The translations under genes and the position numbers were made by a program. Positions 17,971 through 27,436 of a stretch of 64,000 bases of DNA are shown piece by piece. The notes beneath the pieces are model-generated. The model did no database searches. It saw nothing but the letters and a program-made list of their open reading frames with translations, and was not told the DNA's origin. The first letter of the stretch is position 1; each line of letters starts with the position of its first letter. Origin of the DNA: Flavobacteriales bacterium (GTDB lineage Bacteria > Bacteroidota > Bacteroidia > Palsa-965); the NCBI GenBank assembly GCA_040377305.1, contig JBEIPA010000003.1:1-64000 (forward strand), in the 5' to 3' direction.

Positions 17971-20868
17971 CTACTTCTTGAGTTTATCCTTAATGTACTT
18001 TCCGGTAACTGAAGTTTTACTCTTCACAATTTCTTCCGGCGTTCCTTCAAAAACAAGTTCACCACCACCATCTCCACCTTCCGGACCGAGATCGATGATC
18101 CAATCGGCACATTTGATTACGTCGGGATTGTGTTCGATGATGATGAGCGAATGTCCTTGCAAAATCAAAGCGTCGAACGCTACGAGTAGTGTTCGGATGT
18201 CGTGAAAGTGCAAGCCTGTTGTGGGCTCGTCGAAGATGAAGAGTGTAGGAGGTTGGTTGTTGCCCATTCCGAGGAAAGAAGCAAGTTTAATACGTTGTGC
18301 TTCTCCACCGGAAAGTGTGCTCGACGATTGTCCGAGTTGCACATATCCAAGCCCCGTGTCTTTCAGTGGCTGCAAACGATTCACGATTTTCTTACCGGAA
18401 TTGGTCGTGTCTCCGGCGAAGAATGTGATGGCATCTTCGACAGTCATGGTGAGAATGTCGTATATATTTTTGCCGCGATATTCTACTTCAAGTGTTTCGT
18501 CTTTGAAACGTTTGCCGTTACACGATTCGCAATTCAGGTGAACGTCGGCCATGAACTGCATCTCAACAGTTACTTCGCCTTCACCTTCACACACTTCGCA
18601 ACGACCACCATCGACGTTGAAAGAGAAGTGCGCTGGTTTGTAGCCGCGGGTTTTCGACATGGGTTGATCGGCATACAAAGCGCGAATTTCGTCGTAAGCT
18701 TTTACATACGTCACGGGATTTGATCGAGATGACTTACCAATCGGATTCTGATCGACAAACTCAACTGCAGTAACGTGACTGTAGTCGCCTTTCAAACCTT
18801 CGAAGCGACCAGTTTGTTCTCCATAACCGCCCAGTTGTTTCTGGAAAGCCGGATATAATATCTTTTTGACGAGCGTAGATTTTCCGGAACCGCTTACGCC
18901 AGTCACAACCGTCATCACATCAAGTGGAAACTTCACATTCAATCCGCGAAGATTGTTTTCGCTTGCGCCGTGCACTTCGATATAGCTTTTCCACTTTCTG
19001 CGTTTGGAAGGAACCGGAATTGATTCGCGACCGGTGAGATATTTCGCAGTGAGACTATCGCACTTCAAAAGCTTATCGTGTGTGCCGGAAAAAACAACTT
19101 CACCACCAAGAGAACCTGCCATTGGTCCCATGTCGACCATCTGATCGCTGCGACGCATAATTTCTTCATCGTGCTCAACAACGATTACGGTGTTGCCTAT
19201 ATCGCGTAATGCGAGAAGTACGTTGATCAATCGCTCTGTGTCTTTCGGATGAAGTCCAATACTCGGTTCATCGAGAATGTACATCGATCCAACCAGTGAA
19301 CTTCCGAGTGAAGTTGCCAGATTAATTCGTTGCGATTCTCCACCCGAAAGAGAAGAAGACAAGCGATTCAACGTGAGATAACCCAAACCAACATCACACA
19401 GGAATCCGAAACGCGTTGTGATTTCTGTCAGCAAACGTTTTCCGACAACTGCATCGTGTTCGTTGAGCTTTATTTTTTTAAAAAATTCGTACGCATCTTT
19501 CACTTGCATCAGTACGATATCGCTGATGGAATGATCGGCAACTTTCACATAGTTCGCATCCTTGCGCAAACGTGTTCCGCGACAATCGGGACAAGCCGTT
19601 TTTCCGCGATAGCGAGAAAGCATTACGCGGTACTGAATCTTGTAACTCTGCGATTCAACGAACTTGAAGAAATCGTCGAGTCCGTCGAAATATTTATTGC
19701 CAGTCCAAAGTAAACTTTGTTGTGCTTTAGTAAGCTGTGAAATCGGTTTGTGAATCGGGAAATCGAACTTGTATGCAGCCATGACAAGTTTTTCTTTCCA
19801 TGCGCTCATTTTTTCGCCTTTCCAGGGAGCAACCGCTTCTTCGAATACAGAAAGCTGTCGGTTTGGAATAACAAGGTCAGGATCAATTCCGATGACACTA
19901 CCGAATCCTTCGCACATCTTACATGCACCAACCGGATTGTTGAAGCTGAAGAAGTGAACACTTGGTTCATCAAACTGAATTCCGTCGGCCTCAAAGCGAT
20001 TTGAAAAAGCTGTTCGATCCGGATTTGATTCCTTTTTCTTGTCAGCGGTTTTCGATTTCGACTTCGCAGATTTCTTGTCGTCACCCTTCTGCTGTGCTCG
20101 GTCTGACAAAATTTCGTCGCGCAAAAGTTGCACGTAGCAATCGCCTTGTCCTTCATAGAATGCAGTCTGTACTGAATCTGCAATTCTTCCGGCAAGTTCT
20201 TCATCGTTATGCTGAACAACCAATCGATCGATTACAATACAGACTTCTTCTTTTTCTGAAAGCGAAGAAGCATTGAGTTCGTTCAGTTTAAGGATTTCTC
20301 CTTTATATAGAATGCGGGCAAAACCTTGTTGCAGTAGAAGACGAAGTACTTCAGCGAGCTTCGTTCCTTTAGCGACACGAATAGGGGAGAGAAGAAGCAC
20401 TTTCGTATCAACCGGAAGAGAAAGAATGTAATCTGTTACATCAGCAACCGTGTGACGTTTTACAATTTCACCAGAAACCGGAGAATATGTTTTACCGATT
20501 CGTGCGAACAACAATTTGAGATAGTCGTAAATCTCTGTAGAGGTTCCAACCGTTGATCGGGGATTGCGCGTGTTTACTTTCTGCTCAATCGCAACCGCTG
20601 GAGAAATGCCTTTAATGTATTCGACCTGCGGTTTTTCGATGCGGCCTAAGAACTGGCGGGCGTATGCAGACAAGCTTTCGACGTATCTGCGTTGTCCTTC
20701 TGCATATAAGGTATCGAACGCGAGGGAAGATTTACCGGATCCGGAAAGTCCGGTGATTACGACAAACTTATTGCGTGGAATGGCTAAATCCACGTTTTTA
20801 AGGTTGTGCATGCGCGCACCTTTGATAAAAATGTACTTCTTGGGGTCCTGAAATTCTGCGTTATCCAC
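17971..20868 (-). CDS. uvrA: Excinuclease ABC subunit A
   Basis: GLSGSGKSSLAFDTLYAEGQRRY, two LSGGE signatures, GVSGSGKS, CxxC zinc motifs. Confidence 0.97.
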   Translation of the reverse strand: MDNAEFQDPKKYIFIKGARMHNLKNVDLAIPRNKFVVITGLSGSGKSSLAFDTLYAEGQRRYVESLSAYARQFLGRIEKPQVEYIKGISPAVAIEQKVNTRNPRSTVGTSTEIYDYLKLLFARIGKTYSPVSGEIVKRHTVADVTDYILSLPVDTKVLLLSPIRVAKGTKLAEVLRLLLQQGFARILYKGEILKLNELNASSLSEKEEVCIVIDRLVVQHNDEELAGRIADSVQTAFYEGQGDCYVQLLRDEILSDRAQQKGDDKKSAKSKSKTADKKKESNPDRTAFSNRFEADGIQFDEPSVHFFSFNNPVGACKMCEGFGSVIGIDPDLVIPNRQLSVFEEAVAPWKGEKMSAWKEKLVMAAYKFDFPIHKPISQLTKAQQSLLWTGNKYFDGLDDFFKFVESQSYKIQYRVMLSRYRGKTACPDCRGTRLRKDANYVKVADHSISDIVLMQVKDAYEFFKKIKLNEHDAVVGKRLLTEITTRFGFLCDVGLGYLTLNRLSSSLSGGESQRINLATSLGSSLVGSMYILDEPSIGLHPKDTERLINVLLALRDIGNTVIVVEHDEEIMRRSDQMVDMGPMAGSLGGEVVFSGTHDKLLKCDSLTAKYLTGRESIPVPSKRRKWKSYIEVHGASENNLRGLNVKFPLDVMTVVTGVSGSGKSTLVKKILYPAFQKQLGGYGEQTGRFEGLKGDYSHVTAVEFVDQNPIGKSSRSNPVTYVKAYDEIRALYADQPMSKTRGYKPAHFSFNVDGGRCEVCEGEGEVTVEMQFMADVHLNCESCNGKRFKDETLEVEYRGKNIYDILTMTVEDAITFFAGDTTNSGKKIVNRLQPLKDTGLGYVQLGQSSSTLSGGEAQRIKLASFLGMGNNQPPTLFIFDEPTTGLHFHDIRTLLVAFDALILQGHSLIIIEHNPDVIKCADWIIDLGPEGGDGGGELVFEGTPEEIVKSKTSVTGKYIKDKLKK

Positions 20869-20910
20869 TGGCTCTCTCGAATGCCCGCCTTAAGTTGGCG
20901 GACAGGGACG

Positions 20911-20959
20911 CAAAATTACGGCATACAGTTTGACTATTGATGTCTATACACTATATTTG
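20911..20959. promoter_or_regulatory. Divergent -7 boxes: TAATTTTG (minus, uvrA) and TATATTTG (plus, sigma factor)
   Basis: TAnnTTTG at 20911-20918 (-) and 20952-20959 (+), the latter with an upstream TTTG. Confidence 0.55.
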
Positions 20960-21155
20960 TGTTAGACGTTTGAACAATTCGATGGTTGCGTACAATTTCA
21001 CACAACATTTCGGTGAATCTCACGTTTAACGAGGAATACAGTTCTTATTGTAAAACCCGGCAGTTAAATTCTGCCAATAAAAAACAGATCGGTCTATAGC
21101 ATAAACTTCTACGTTTTCACTAGCACGAATTGCGAAAACCAAAAAGGAGGTTATC

Positions 21156-21743
21156 ATGCGTTACGACCAAATGCAAGACCAGGAACTGGTCGATCTGTAC
21201 ATCGCCGGGGATGAAGCTTGTCTCAAGCAACTCATCAGTCGCCATCAGAAGAGAGTGTTTTCATACATTATGATGGTCGTTCGCGATCGTCATCTGGCCG
21301 AAGACGTTTTCCAGGACACGTTTATTAAGGTGATTCAGACGCTCAAAAGAGGGTCGTACAACGACGAAGGAAAATTCCTTCCGTGGGTATTGCGTATAGC
21401 GCATAACCTTGTAATTGACCACTTTAGACGTCAGAAAAGAATGCCAACTGTGGATGCTGGCGAAGATTTCGACATTTTTGATGTGCTCGTGCTTCGGCAG
21501 GGGAACGTTGAAGACCGCCTCGTAAAAGGACAGCTGAAGTCCGACATGCGGAAAATGGTCGAGAAGTTGCCGCAGGAACAACGCGAAGTTCTTGTCATGC
21601 GCCACTACATGGACATGAGCTTTAAAGAAATCGCTGATTTCACGAATGTGAGCATCAACACTGCACTTGGGCGCATGCGATATGCGTTAATCAATTTGCG
21701 GAAGATGATTGACAAGAAGGAAATGGTTCCTGTGATCCGTTAG
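21156..21743 (+). CDS. ECF (sigma-70 group 4) RNA polymerase sigma factor
   Basis: AEDVFQDTFIK, WVLRIAHNLVIDHFR, region 4 LPQEQREV...SFKEIA...SINTALGRMRYA. Confidence 0.93.
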   Translation: MRYDQMQDQELVDLYIAGDEACLKQLISRHQKRVFSYIMMVVRDRHLAEDVFQDTFIKVIQTLKRGSYNDEGKFLPWVLRIAHNLVIDHFRRQKRMPTVDAGEDFDIFDVLVLRQGNVEDRLVKGQLKSDMRKMVEKLPQEQREVLVMRHYMDMSFKEIADFTNVSINTALGRMRYALINLRKMIDKKEMVPVIR

Positions 21744-21774
21744 GTTCTCAGTTCTCAGTTCAAAGTACACAGTT
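21744..21774 (+). repeat. Degenerate 7-mer tandem arm starting at the stop codon
   Basis: TAG-gttctca-gttctca-gttcaaa-gtacaca-gtt. Confidence 0.65.
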
Positions 21775-21795
21775 GAGGAATGTAAAGTGTTTAAG

Positions 21796-21823
21796 ATCCC
21801 GATCAGAAATGGTCGGGATTTTT
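21796..21823 (+). terminator. Intrinsic terminator after the sigma factor
   Basis: ATCCCGATC/GGTCGGGAT stem followed by TTTT. Confidence 0.7.
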
Positions 21824-21828
21824 CGTTG

Positions 21829-21954
21829 CGCCTACGGCGCCTTGCCACAGATTCGCAGATTTCTCAGATCTCGCAAATTCTGATTTGTGTTAGTACATGC
21901 AAATCTGAGAAATCAGCGAAATCTGCTCATCTGTGGCAAAAAACGCCGTGGGCG
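21829..21954. repeat. 126-bp palindromic element of 9-mer arms with CGCC(T/C)ACGGCG ends
   Basis: cgcctacggcg-cc-ttgccacagattcgcagatttctcagatctcgcaaatt ... aaatctgagaaatcagcgaaatctgctcatctgtggcaa-aaaa-cgccgtgggcg. Confidence 0.85.
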
Positions 21955-22032
21955 GAAAGAAAACAACGAATAGCCACAATAAAGCCTCGATACCTCTCGT
22001 TTTACATCAAACAACAGCTACAAAAAACACAT

Positions 22033-22221
22033 ATGGCAAAAACCTTTACTCTCACAAATTCTGATTTAATTGTTCAAGCTGATGAGTTGATGAATTACGC
22101 GCAGGATGAATATCAGTTTGAGCCTTCACAAGGAGTAGTCGATTCGATCCTCAGGTATTCGCAATCGCTCGAAATCAGAAAGTCGAAATTCGTAGGCACA
22201 GTTGAAACTGTTTCTAATTAA
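22033..22221 (+). CDS. Small hypothetical protein (62 aa) downstream of the ECF sigma factor
   Basis: MAKTFT...EPSQGVVDSILRYSQSL...N; A-rich leader and a terminator follow-up. The ORF-track N-terminal extension reads through a repeat. Confidence 0.7.
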   Translation: MAKTFTLTNSDLIVQADELMNYAQDEYQFEPSQGVVDSILRYSQSLEIRKSKFVGTVETVSN

Positions 22222-22244
22222 CGACAGGATCACTGTACAGCAAG

Positions 22245-22279
22245 AACCGGGGTAGATGAAAAATCTGCACCGGTTTTTT
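22245..22279 (+). terminator. Intrinsic terminator
   Basis: AACCGG.GTAGAT/ATCTGC.CCGGTT stem followed by a T-run. Confidence 0.7.
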
Positions 22280-22283
22280 CTTT

Positions 22284-22380
22284 GACCCACCCTTCGACAG
22301 GCTCAGGACAGGCATAGGAACATAGTACTGTTGGTGCTAGAAGTTGAATCAACAAGTTGATTCAGAACATAGGACACAAG
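22284..22380. repeat. Composite repeat remnant: REP-like CCCTTCGACAGGCTCAGGACAGG within a CCACATAGGAACATAG arm
   Basis: gaccca[cccttcgacaggctcaggacagg]cataggaacatag; a further gaacataggacacaag downstream. Confidence 0.6.
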
Positions 22381-22541
22381 AGGAAATCGTGGAGCGATTT
22401 ATACTTATGGGAAGTATTGAATTCTCATTAAATGAGGCAGAGCTGAATATGACTTATGGCGCAACGATCTGGTTTGAAGATGTTAAACCACTTACAAAAT
22501 TCGTTGCATTGACATTGCGCTAATGTTCTATATTTCGCGAC

Positions 22542-24491
22542 ATGAGCCATAGGCAATTTCTTCTTGTTCACATTTTTGCGTTCACCGCATTAACTGCAAC
22601 TGCGCAGAATCCCACATACCAGGAAAAAGTTTATTACACCTGTAAGGTTTGGGGCTTTGTGAAATATTATCATTCGGAAGTTTCTACTTGCCAAGTGAAT
22701 TGGGATAGTGCTTTAGTTTCAACGTTCCCTTTGATAAAAAATGCGGTAACGAATAATGACTTCAACGATGCATTGGATACATTGTTGGCCTTTGCGGGAC
22801 CAATGGATATAGCGATTACTCCGCCACCTGCAGCGTTGCCACCGGAACTTTGTCGTAATCTGAATTTCGGATGGACAAATGATCCGATGTTACGTGCTGA
22901 TGTACAAGCCGCACTCGATACAATTCAAGGAAATTACAGACCTGGCCCAAATTGTTGGGTTGAAGATAATCTGTACACAAACAGTTATACTGGATGGCTG
23001 GTTTTTCCGCATGACAGTCTGATGTATAATTATGATACTTATGTCAATTTTCCATCAGAGGAACAACGCGTGTTGATGCTATTTAAATACTGGAACATCA
23101 TCAACTATTTCAATCCATACAACTATGTTATGGATCAGCCGTGGGACTCTACTCTTTCACAACTTGGACTTGCGGTTGTGAACGCGACTACAACGGACTC
23201 TCTTTTTCTCGGATTTAACCTTATGACAACGCAGCTGAACGATATACATGCTGAAGGATTGACTTGGAGTGCGCATGGTCCTGCCAATTACTATTCTCCG
23301 CCGTTGGTATTGAAGTATGCTGAAGGAAAGTATATCGCTGCAAAAGAGAATATCGTTGGCATTGCAAAGGGAGATGAGATTACTGCAGTAGGAGGATTGA
23401 CTACATCACAATGGGAAGACAGCCTGCGCCCATTTATTTCAGCAGGTGATTCTTCTGTGTTCCGGCGAACGATGTGCAACATGATTCTTCGCGGTATTTT
23501 CTCTACCCCTGTTACGATTGAAACGATCGACAGTATGGGGGTGAGTCACACGATAGCAACCTCCTATGGATTTAATATGTATGGCCCGTGGTTCGAGTTT
23601 CGTGAGAATGACACGCTGTTCAATAAAAAATGGAGACTGTGGGATTGTAATGTAGGATATGTGCACATGGGAAATCTCCTGAATTCTGATGTATCAACGA
23701 TGTATGCCGCACTGCAAAATACAGATGCGATTATTTTCGATATCAGAAATTATCCGAATGGTACAATGTATTCAATCGCCAATCTGATGTTTCCTCAAGC
23801 CGAACAATTTGTCATGTTTCACGAGCCGGATGTTAACTATCCCGGCACTTTTTCATGGTCATATTATTATGGAGGATCCAATGGAAATCCGACTCCATAC
23901 CAGGGGCAAGTGATTTTATTGGTTAATGAGGAAACTCAAAGCCATGCAGAGTTTACAACGATGCTCTTGCAGCAAATGCCGAATGCAATTGTAGTTGGCA
24001 GTCAAACTGCCGGAGCTGATGGAAACGTAGTTTACTTCAATGTTAGTCAGGATATACAGGTTGGTTATACGGGGCTCGGAGTTTTTTATCCTAACGGAGA
24101 CAGTACACAGCGGGTAGGAATTGTTCCGGACACCATTGTTGAACGAACGCAAATCGGAATTCGTCATGGTCGTGATATTGTATTGGAGAAAGCATTGGAG
24201 ATTGCTGGCTGCGTGAACAGCGCTGGCGAACAAATTGACGAATTGAATTTCAATTTGTTTCCAAATCCTGCTTCCGATCAATTGACGATTGAGGGAACCA
24301 CAACCAGTTCGGAGCAGATTGTGTATGAGATATTGGATATGACAGGTAAAGTCGTTGCAACGAAAATAGGGAATGCAACTAGCGGCATTTATTCGATGAA
24401 ATTGCGTATTGGTGATCTTACATCGGGGATTTATTTGTTGAGGATTACACAGGGCGATTCTGTATGTTCAAAGAAGTTTATCAAAGAGTAA
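22542..24491 (+). CDS. S41 family peptidase with T9SS type A C-terminal domain
   Basis: KVWGFVKYYH, IFDIRNYPNG, TQSHAE, GSQTAGADG, LFPNPA...GIYLLRI...KKFIKE. Confidence 0.9.
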   Translation: MSHRQFLLVHIFAFTALTATAQNPTYQEKVYYTCKVWGFVKYYHSEVSTCQVNWDSALVSTFPLIKNAVTNNDFNDALDTLLAFAGPMDIAITPPPAALPPELCRNLNFGWTNDPMLRADVQAALDTIQGNYRPGPNCWVEDNLYTNSYTGWLVFPHDSLMYNYDTYVNFPSEEQRVLMLFKYWNIINYFNPYNYVMDQPWDSTLSQLGLAVVNATTTDSLFLGFNLMTTQLNDIHAEGLTWSAHGPANYYSPPLVLKYAEGKYIAAKENIVGIAKGDEITAVGGLTTSQWEDSLRPFISAGDSSVFRRTMCNMILRGIFSTPVTIETIDSMGVSHTIATSYGFNMYGPWFEFRENDTLFNKKWRLWDCNVGYVHMGNLLNSDVSTMYAALQNTDAIIFDIRNYPNGTMYSIANLMFPQAEQFVMFHEPDVNYPGTFSWSYYYGGSNGNPTPYQGQVILLVNEETQSHAEFTTMLLQQMPNAIVVGSQTAGADGNVVYFNVSQDIQVGYTGLGVFYPNGDSTQRVGIVPDTIVERTQIGIRHGRDIVLEKALEIAGCVNSAGEQIDELNFNLFPNPASDQLTIEGTTTSSEQIVYEILDMTGKVVATKIGNATSGIYSMKLRIGDLTSGIYLLRITQGDSVCSKKFIKE

Positions 24492-24502
24492 AATCCGGAT
24501 TT

Positions 24503-24530
24503 TCTTGGTGTCTTAGTGATCTTAGTGGTC
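24503..24530. repeat. Solo arm of degenerate 8/9-mer repeat between convergent genes
   Basis: cttggtgt-cttagtgat-cttagtggt. Confidence 0.55.
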
Positions 24531-24549
24531 AATTTTTTTGAATCAGATT

Positions 24550-25860
24550 TTAAGCAGCCTCCTCCCCCGTCGCCAACGCACTCTCACTCGCAATTCCATC
24601 CAAATAATCTCCGCACAACTGCACCGGCAAATCCCACTCACGCATTTGCGCTCTCAACTTACACATCTGCGTTAATCTTCCCGGCGCGAAGTGAGCAATG
24701 CCCGGATTCCAACGTATGAGATGTGTTCCGAGAATCGCGTCTTTGCATTCAGGAAAACGTTCACGCACAATTTCTTCAGCGCGCTGTTTTACTTCTTCGT
24801 CCGTCTTGGTGGTGATGATTCGATTGCCTTCATCCCACATGAAAACGGAGACTAATCCTTTTCCTTCCGGACATAATTCCCGCGCGCGATTGTTCTCCAC
24901 TTCAATTTCGTATCCGCAATCGACAGATTCGTGAACACCAACTGCGGCGCAATCGGTGTTTGGTTCGCGACTTAACATCACGTGTGCATCGGTCATTTTT
25001 CCGTAGACGGTTTCGCTGAGTAATTTATTTACATCGGCAGGAAGCTGACCGCAGATTTTTGGAACGAGGTTGCCTGGTAATGCAATCACCACTTTTTTCG
25101 CAGGGAGGATTTCTCCGTTCGCACAATGAACCCGGGCACCGTCTTCAAATTCAACCTTCATTACTTCAACATTCGTCTTTACAATCAACTCTTTCCGCAT
25201 CGCCTCCGTAATTCTATCCATTCCACCTTTCATGGCCCAGGTTGGCATGAGGAGAATGTTCCAGAAGGTTTGGAAGAGAATGACACGTGAATTGTTTCGC
25301 AGATTTCCTCCGAGCGGACCATTCAATCCCGGATGTAAAAAGTGATCGAGGACTTCTTTGCCACCGAGTTGCGCGAAGTATTCGTTTACACTCATGTTGT
25401 CGAGTTCTTCGACTTCGCAGGTATCGCCATGACCGAGTTTGTTCCCTTTCAGAAGAACACTCAAACCGAATTTGATCAGCGCCCATTTTGCTCTGAACGG
25501 CAATTTGGGATTGAACAACACATCATCAATTCTTGTGCGACGGATTTTCTTCTTCGTTTTACCGTCGTGTAGTTCGAATGCGAAATCGATTTTATCGATG
25601 TACTGCTCGAGCTTCAGTCGCTTTACGAGGGCTTTCATGTGCTTAAATCTTCCACCGAAAAGTGTGGCCCCGCGATCGATTGCGAATGTGGTGTCAGTAT
25701 TCCGATCCTGACACTGAATGCGGTCAGTCGATATGCGACCACCAACGCGATATTCTTTTTCGAGAACCAGGACATTGAGACCTGCGTCTTTGAGTTTGAG
25801 TGCAGCACCGAGTCCGCTGATTCCCGCGCCTACTACTATAACATCAAAGTTGGTTTCCAT
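24550..25860 (-). CDS. FAD-dependent oxidoreductase (protoporphyrinogen/amine oxidase superfamily)
   Basis: VVGAGISGL...LEKEYRVGGRI, DRGA, C-terminal LCGDYL...ESALATG. Confidence 0.85.
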   Translation of the reverse strand: METNFDVIVVGAGISGLGAALKLKDAGLNVLVLEKEYRVGGRISTDRIQCQDRNTDTTFAIDRGATLFGGRFKHMKALVKRLKLEQYIDKIDFAFELHDGKTKKKIRRTRIDDVLFNPKLPFRAKWALIKFGLSVLLKGNKLGHGDTCEVEELDNMSVNEYFAQLGGKEVLDHFLHPGLNGPLGGNLRNNSRVILFQTFWNILLMPTWAMKGGMDRITEAMRKELIVKTNVEVMKVEFEDGARVHCANGEILPAKKVVIALPGNLVPKICGQLPADVNKLLSETVYGKMTDAHVMLSREPNTDCAAVGVHESVDCGYEIEVENNRARELCPEGKGLVSVFMWDEGNRIITTKTDEEVKQRAEEIVRERFPECKDAILGTHLIRWNPGIAHFAPGRLTQMCKLRAQMREWDLPVQLCGDYLDGIASESALATGEEAA

Positions 25861-25874
25861 AACAAGTTTTATTT

Positions 25875-26034
25875 ACCACATAGTATCATAGAAAAAAGCC
25901 CGTTGTTTTCTAAGCGAGTCCGCCGAGGCGGCCCGTCATAGTTCACAGGAGAATATCGCATAGCGATATTGCTCATGTGAACTATGTAGCTCTTTCGCCC
26001 AACGAGAAAACATCGGGCTATGATTCTATGTGGT
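25875..26034. mobile_element. 160-bp MITE-like element, copy 1
   Basis: Terminal IR accacatagtatcatag/ctatgattctatgtggt; inner IR catagttcaca/tgtgaactatg; homologous inverted copy at 35098-35255. Confidence 0.8.
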
Positions 26035-26852
26035 TAAGTTTTGCGGGCTATGATCATATCCACAGCATAAAGCCGTTCCGCTTTCACATCATTGAAACGC
26101 GTACGAAGGAATTCCATCCACTCTTTATGTTTCGTTACGTGGTAAATCACCGGACCGAAGATGAGGTAGTTCTCGAAGTCGATGCCGTGTTCGAACAGGA
26201 GGATCTTGCCGTTTGGTTTGAGGATGCGTTTTGCTTCCGCGAAAATCTTCGCGCGTTCTTCTCCTTCAGGAATTTCATGGCTGCCGAAACCAAAGACTAC
26301 AACATCCATACTTGCATCCGCCATTGGGATTTCGAAGTTCCGGATCTTGTACGTTTTGATTCGTGGCTCATGTGTTGGAGCAGGTTCGAGGCTGCGCACA
26401 TCGCTTATGGCTTCTTCACTGCTGAAACCATCGGCCCAGCAATCAATGCTGTGAACAGTTGCTTCAGGAAGTAGATTCGCGAACTGATACGTGTGACGAT
26501 ACGTTCCGATGTGTATGTCGGCGAGTTGTACATTGCCTTTCACATCTGCTTTCTCCAGAAGCTTCGTGAAATATTTTTTTGCAGGATGTCCGTACTGCCG
26601 ATACAGACCGAACAAAGAGTAGAAGAGAAGAGCAAATCCTATACAAGCAAGTCCGTATGCAGGATAGAGGAACCAAGGTTCATCGAAAAGCAATCCAGCG
26701 ACACCAAGTGGCACGCCTGCTGCCAGAAAGTTGAGAAAGATTTTGCGATAGTCGTGGCGGCTTACATAAATCGCGCGACCGTAGTACCACCATGGAGTAG
26801 GTTGTTGTCCTGCTTCGGCTTTTGGATACCAGTACTTAGCTGCAGTGTTCAT
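26034..26852 (-). CDS. Membrane-anchored class I SAM-dependent methyltransferase
   Basis: Two N-terminal TMs; ADIHIGT motif I variant; IPMADASMDVV; EAKRILKPNGKILLFEH. Confidence 0.8.
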   Translation of the reverse strand: MNTAAKYWYPKAEAGQQPTPWWYYGRAIYVSRHDYRKIFLNFLAAGVPLGVAGLLFDEPWFLYPAYGLACIGFALLFYSLFGLYRQYGHPAKKYFTKLLEKADVKGNVQLADIHIGTYRHTYQFANLLPEATVHSIDCWADGFSSEEAISDVRSLEPAPTHEPRIKTYKIRNFEIPMADASMDVVVFGFGSHEIPEGEERAKIFAEAKRILKPNGKILLFEHGIDFENYLIFGPVIYHVTKHKEWMEFLRTRFNDVKAERLYAVDMIIARKT

Positions 26853-26869
26853 GGCTGTGAAGTATTAAG

Positions 26870-27112
26870 TTAATTAGTAATAAGTAGGTAAGTCAGGACG
26901 GAAAGTGAAATCAGCAAACCGATTCCCGTGATGGCCGGAATTATGATGTTGCGCTTTTTCTTATCTGCGCGAATGAGGAGCCAGCAAATGATGGCTAAAA
27001 TTGCTGCGGGATAGGAGTAGAACAGATTGACCAGGTAAACCCAAAACCAACCTGTCAAGGCAAACCATGTGGAGAAGAGCAGACCGAGGATGAAGAGGAT
27101 TGTGTTACTCAT
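26870..27112 (-). CDS. Small membrane hypothetical protein
   Basis: 80 aa, three hydrophobic segments; TACCTTTG box at 27153-27160. Confidence 0.7.
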   Translation of the reverse strand: MSNTILFILGLLFSTWFALTGWFWVYLVNLFYSYPAAILAIICWLLIRADKKKRNIIIPAITGIGLLISLSVLTYLLITN

Positions 27113-27240
27113 GACTTTTATGTTTTAGAAGCGTTAAGAACGAACTCTATACCAAAGGTAGGAAGATTATTGAACTTTCAAAATATATTGAAAGTACGAT
27201 AATTGGCACTGAAATTATGCGAAAAAACAAGCTTTTGGGA

Positions 27241-27422
27241 TGCCTGCGGCGCTTACCACGGCGAAACGGGGAAACGGAGAAATGTGTTTCTTGTTCTAAA
27301 CTTAACCGGAGGACACGGCGTATGTAGAGGGGTTGCGCGCCGTGATCGCCGGTTGGGTAACGGTTTTAAACACAAATATTGAACGCCGAAACTCCGCCTC
27401 GCCGTGGTAAGCGCCGCAGGCA
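27241..27422. mobile_element. 182-bp MITE with perfect 24-bp TIR and 5-bp flanking direct repeat
   Basis: TGCCTGCGGCGCTTACCACGGCGA (27241-27264) / TCGCCGTGGTAAGCGCCGCAGGCA (27399-27422); TGGGA at 27236-27240 and 27423-27427. Confidence 0.85.
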
Positions 27423-27436
27423 TGGGATAGTTATCT

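Noticed and set aside
20884-20906. Small CCCGCC...GGCGGACAGG hairpin in the uvrA leader as a riboswitch or SOS box
   Set aside because: Too short, with no recognisable motif; more likely another mini-REP, and unsupported without a genome-wide count
21787-22032. N-terminal extension of the 144-aa ORF (SQISQISQI...)
   Set aside because: Translation through a terminator and the palindromic repeat; ATG 22033 is the credible start
25977-26474. 165-aa plus-strand ORF
   Set aside because: Antisense to the methyltransferase and starts inside the MITE-like element
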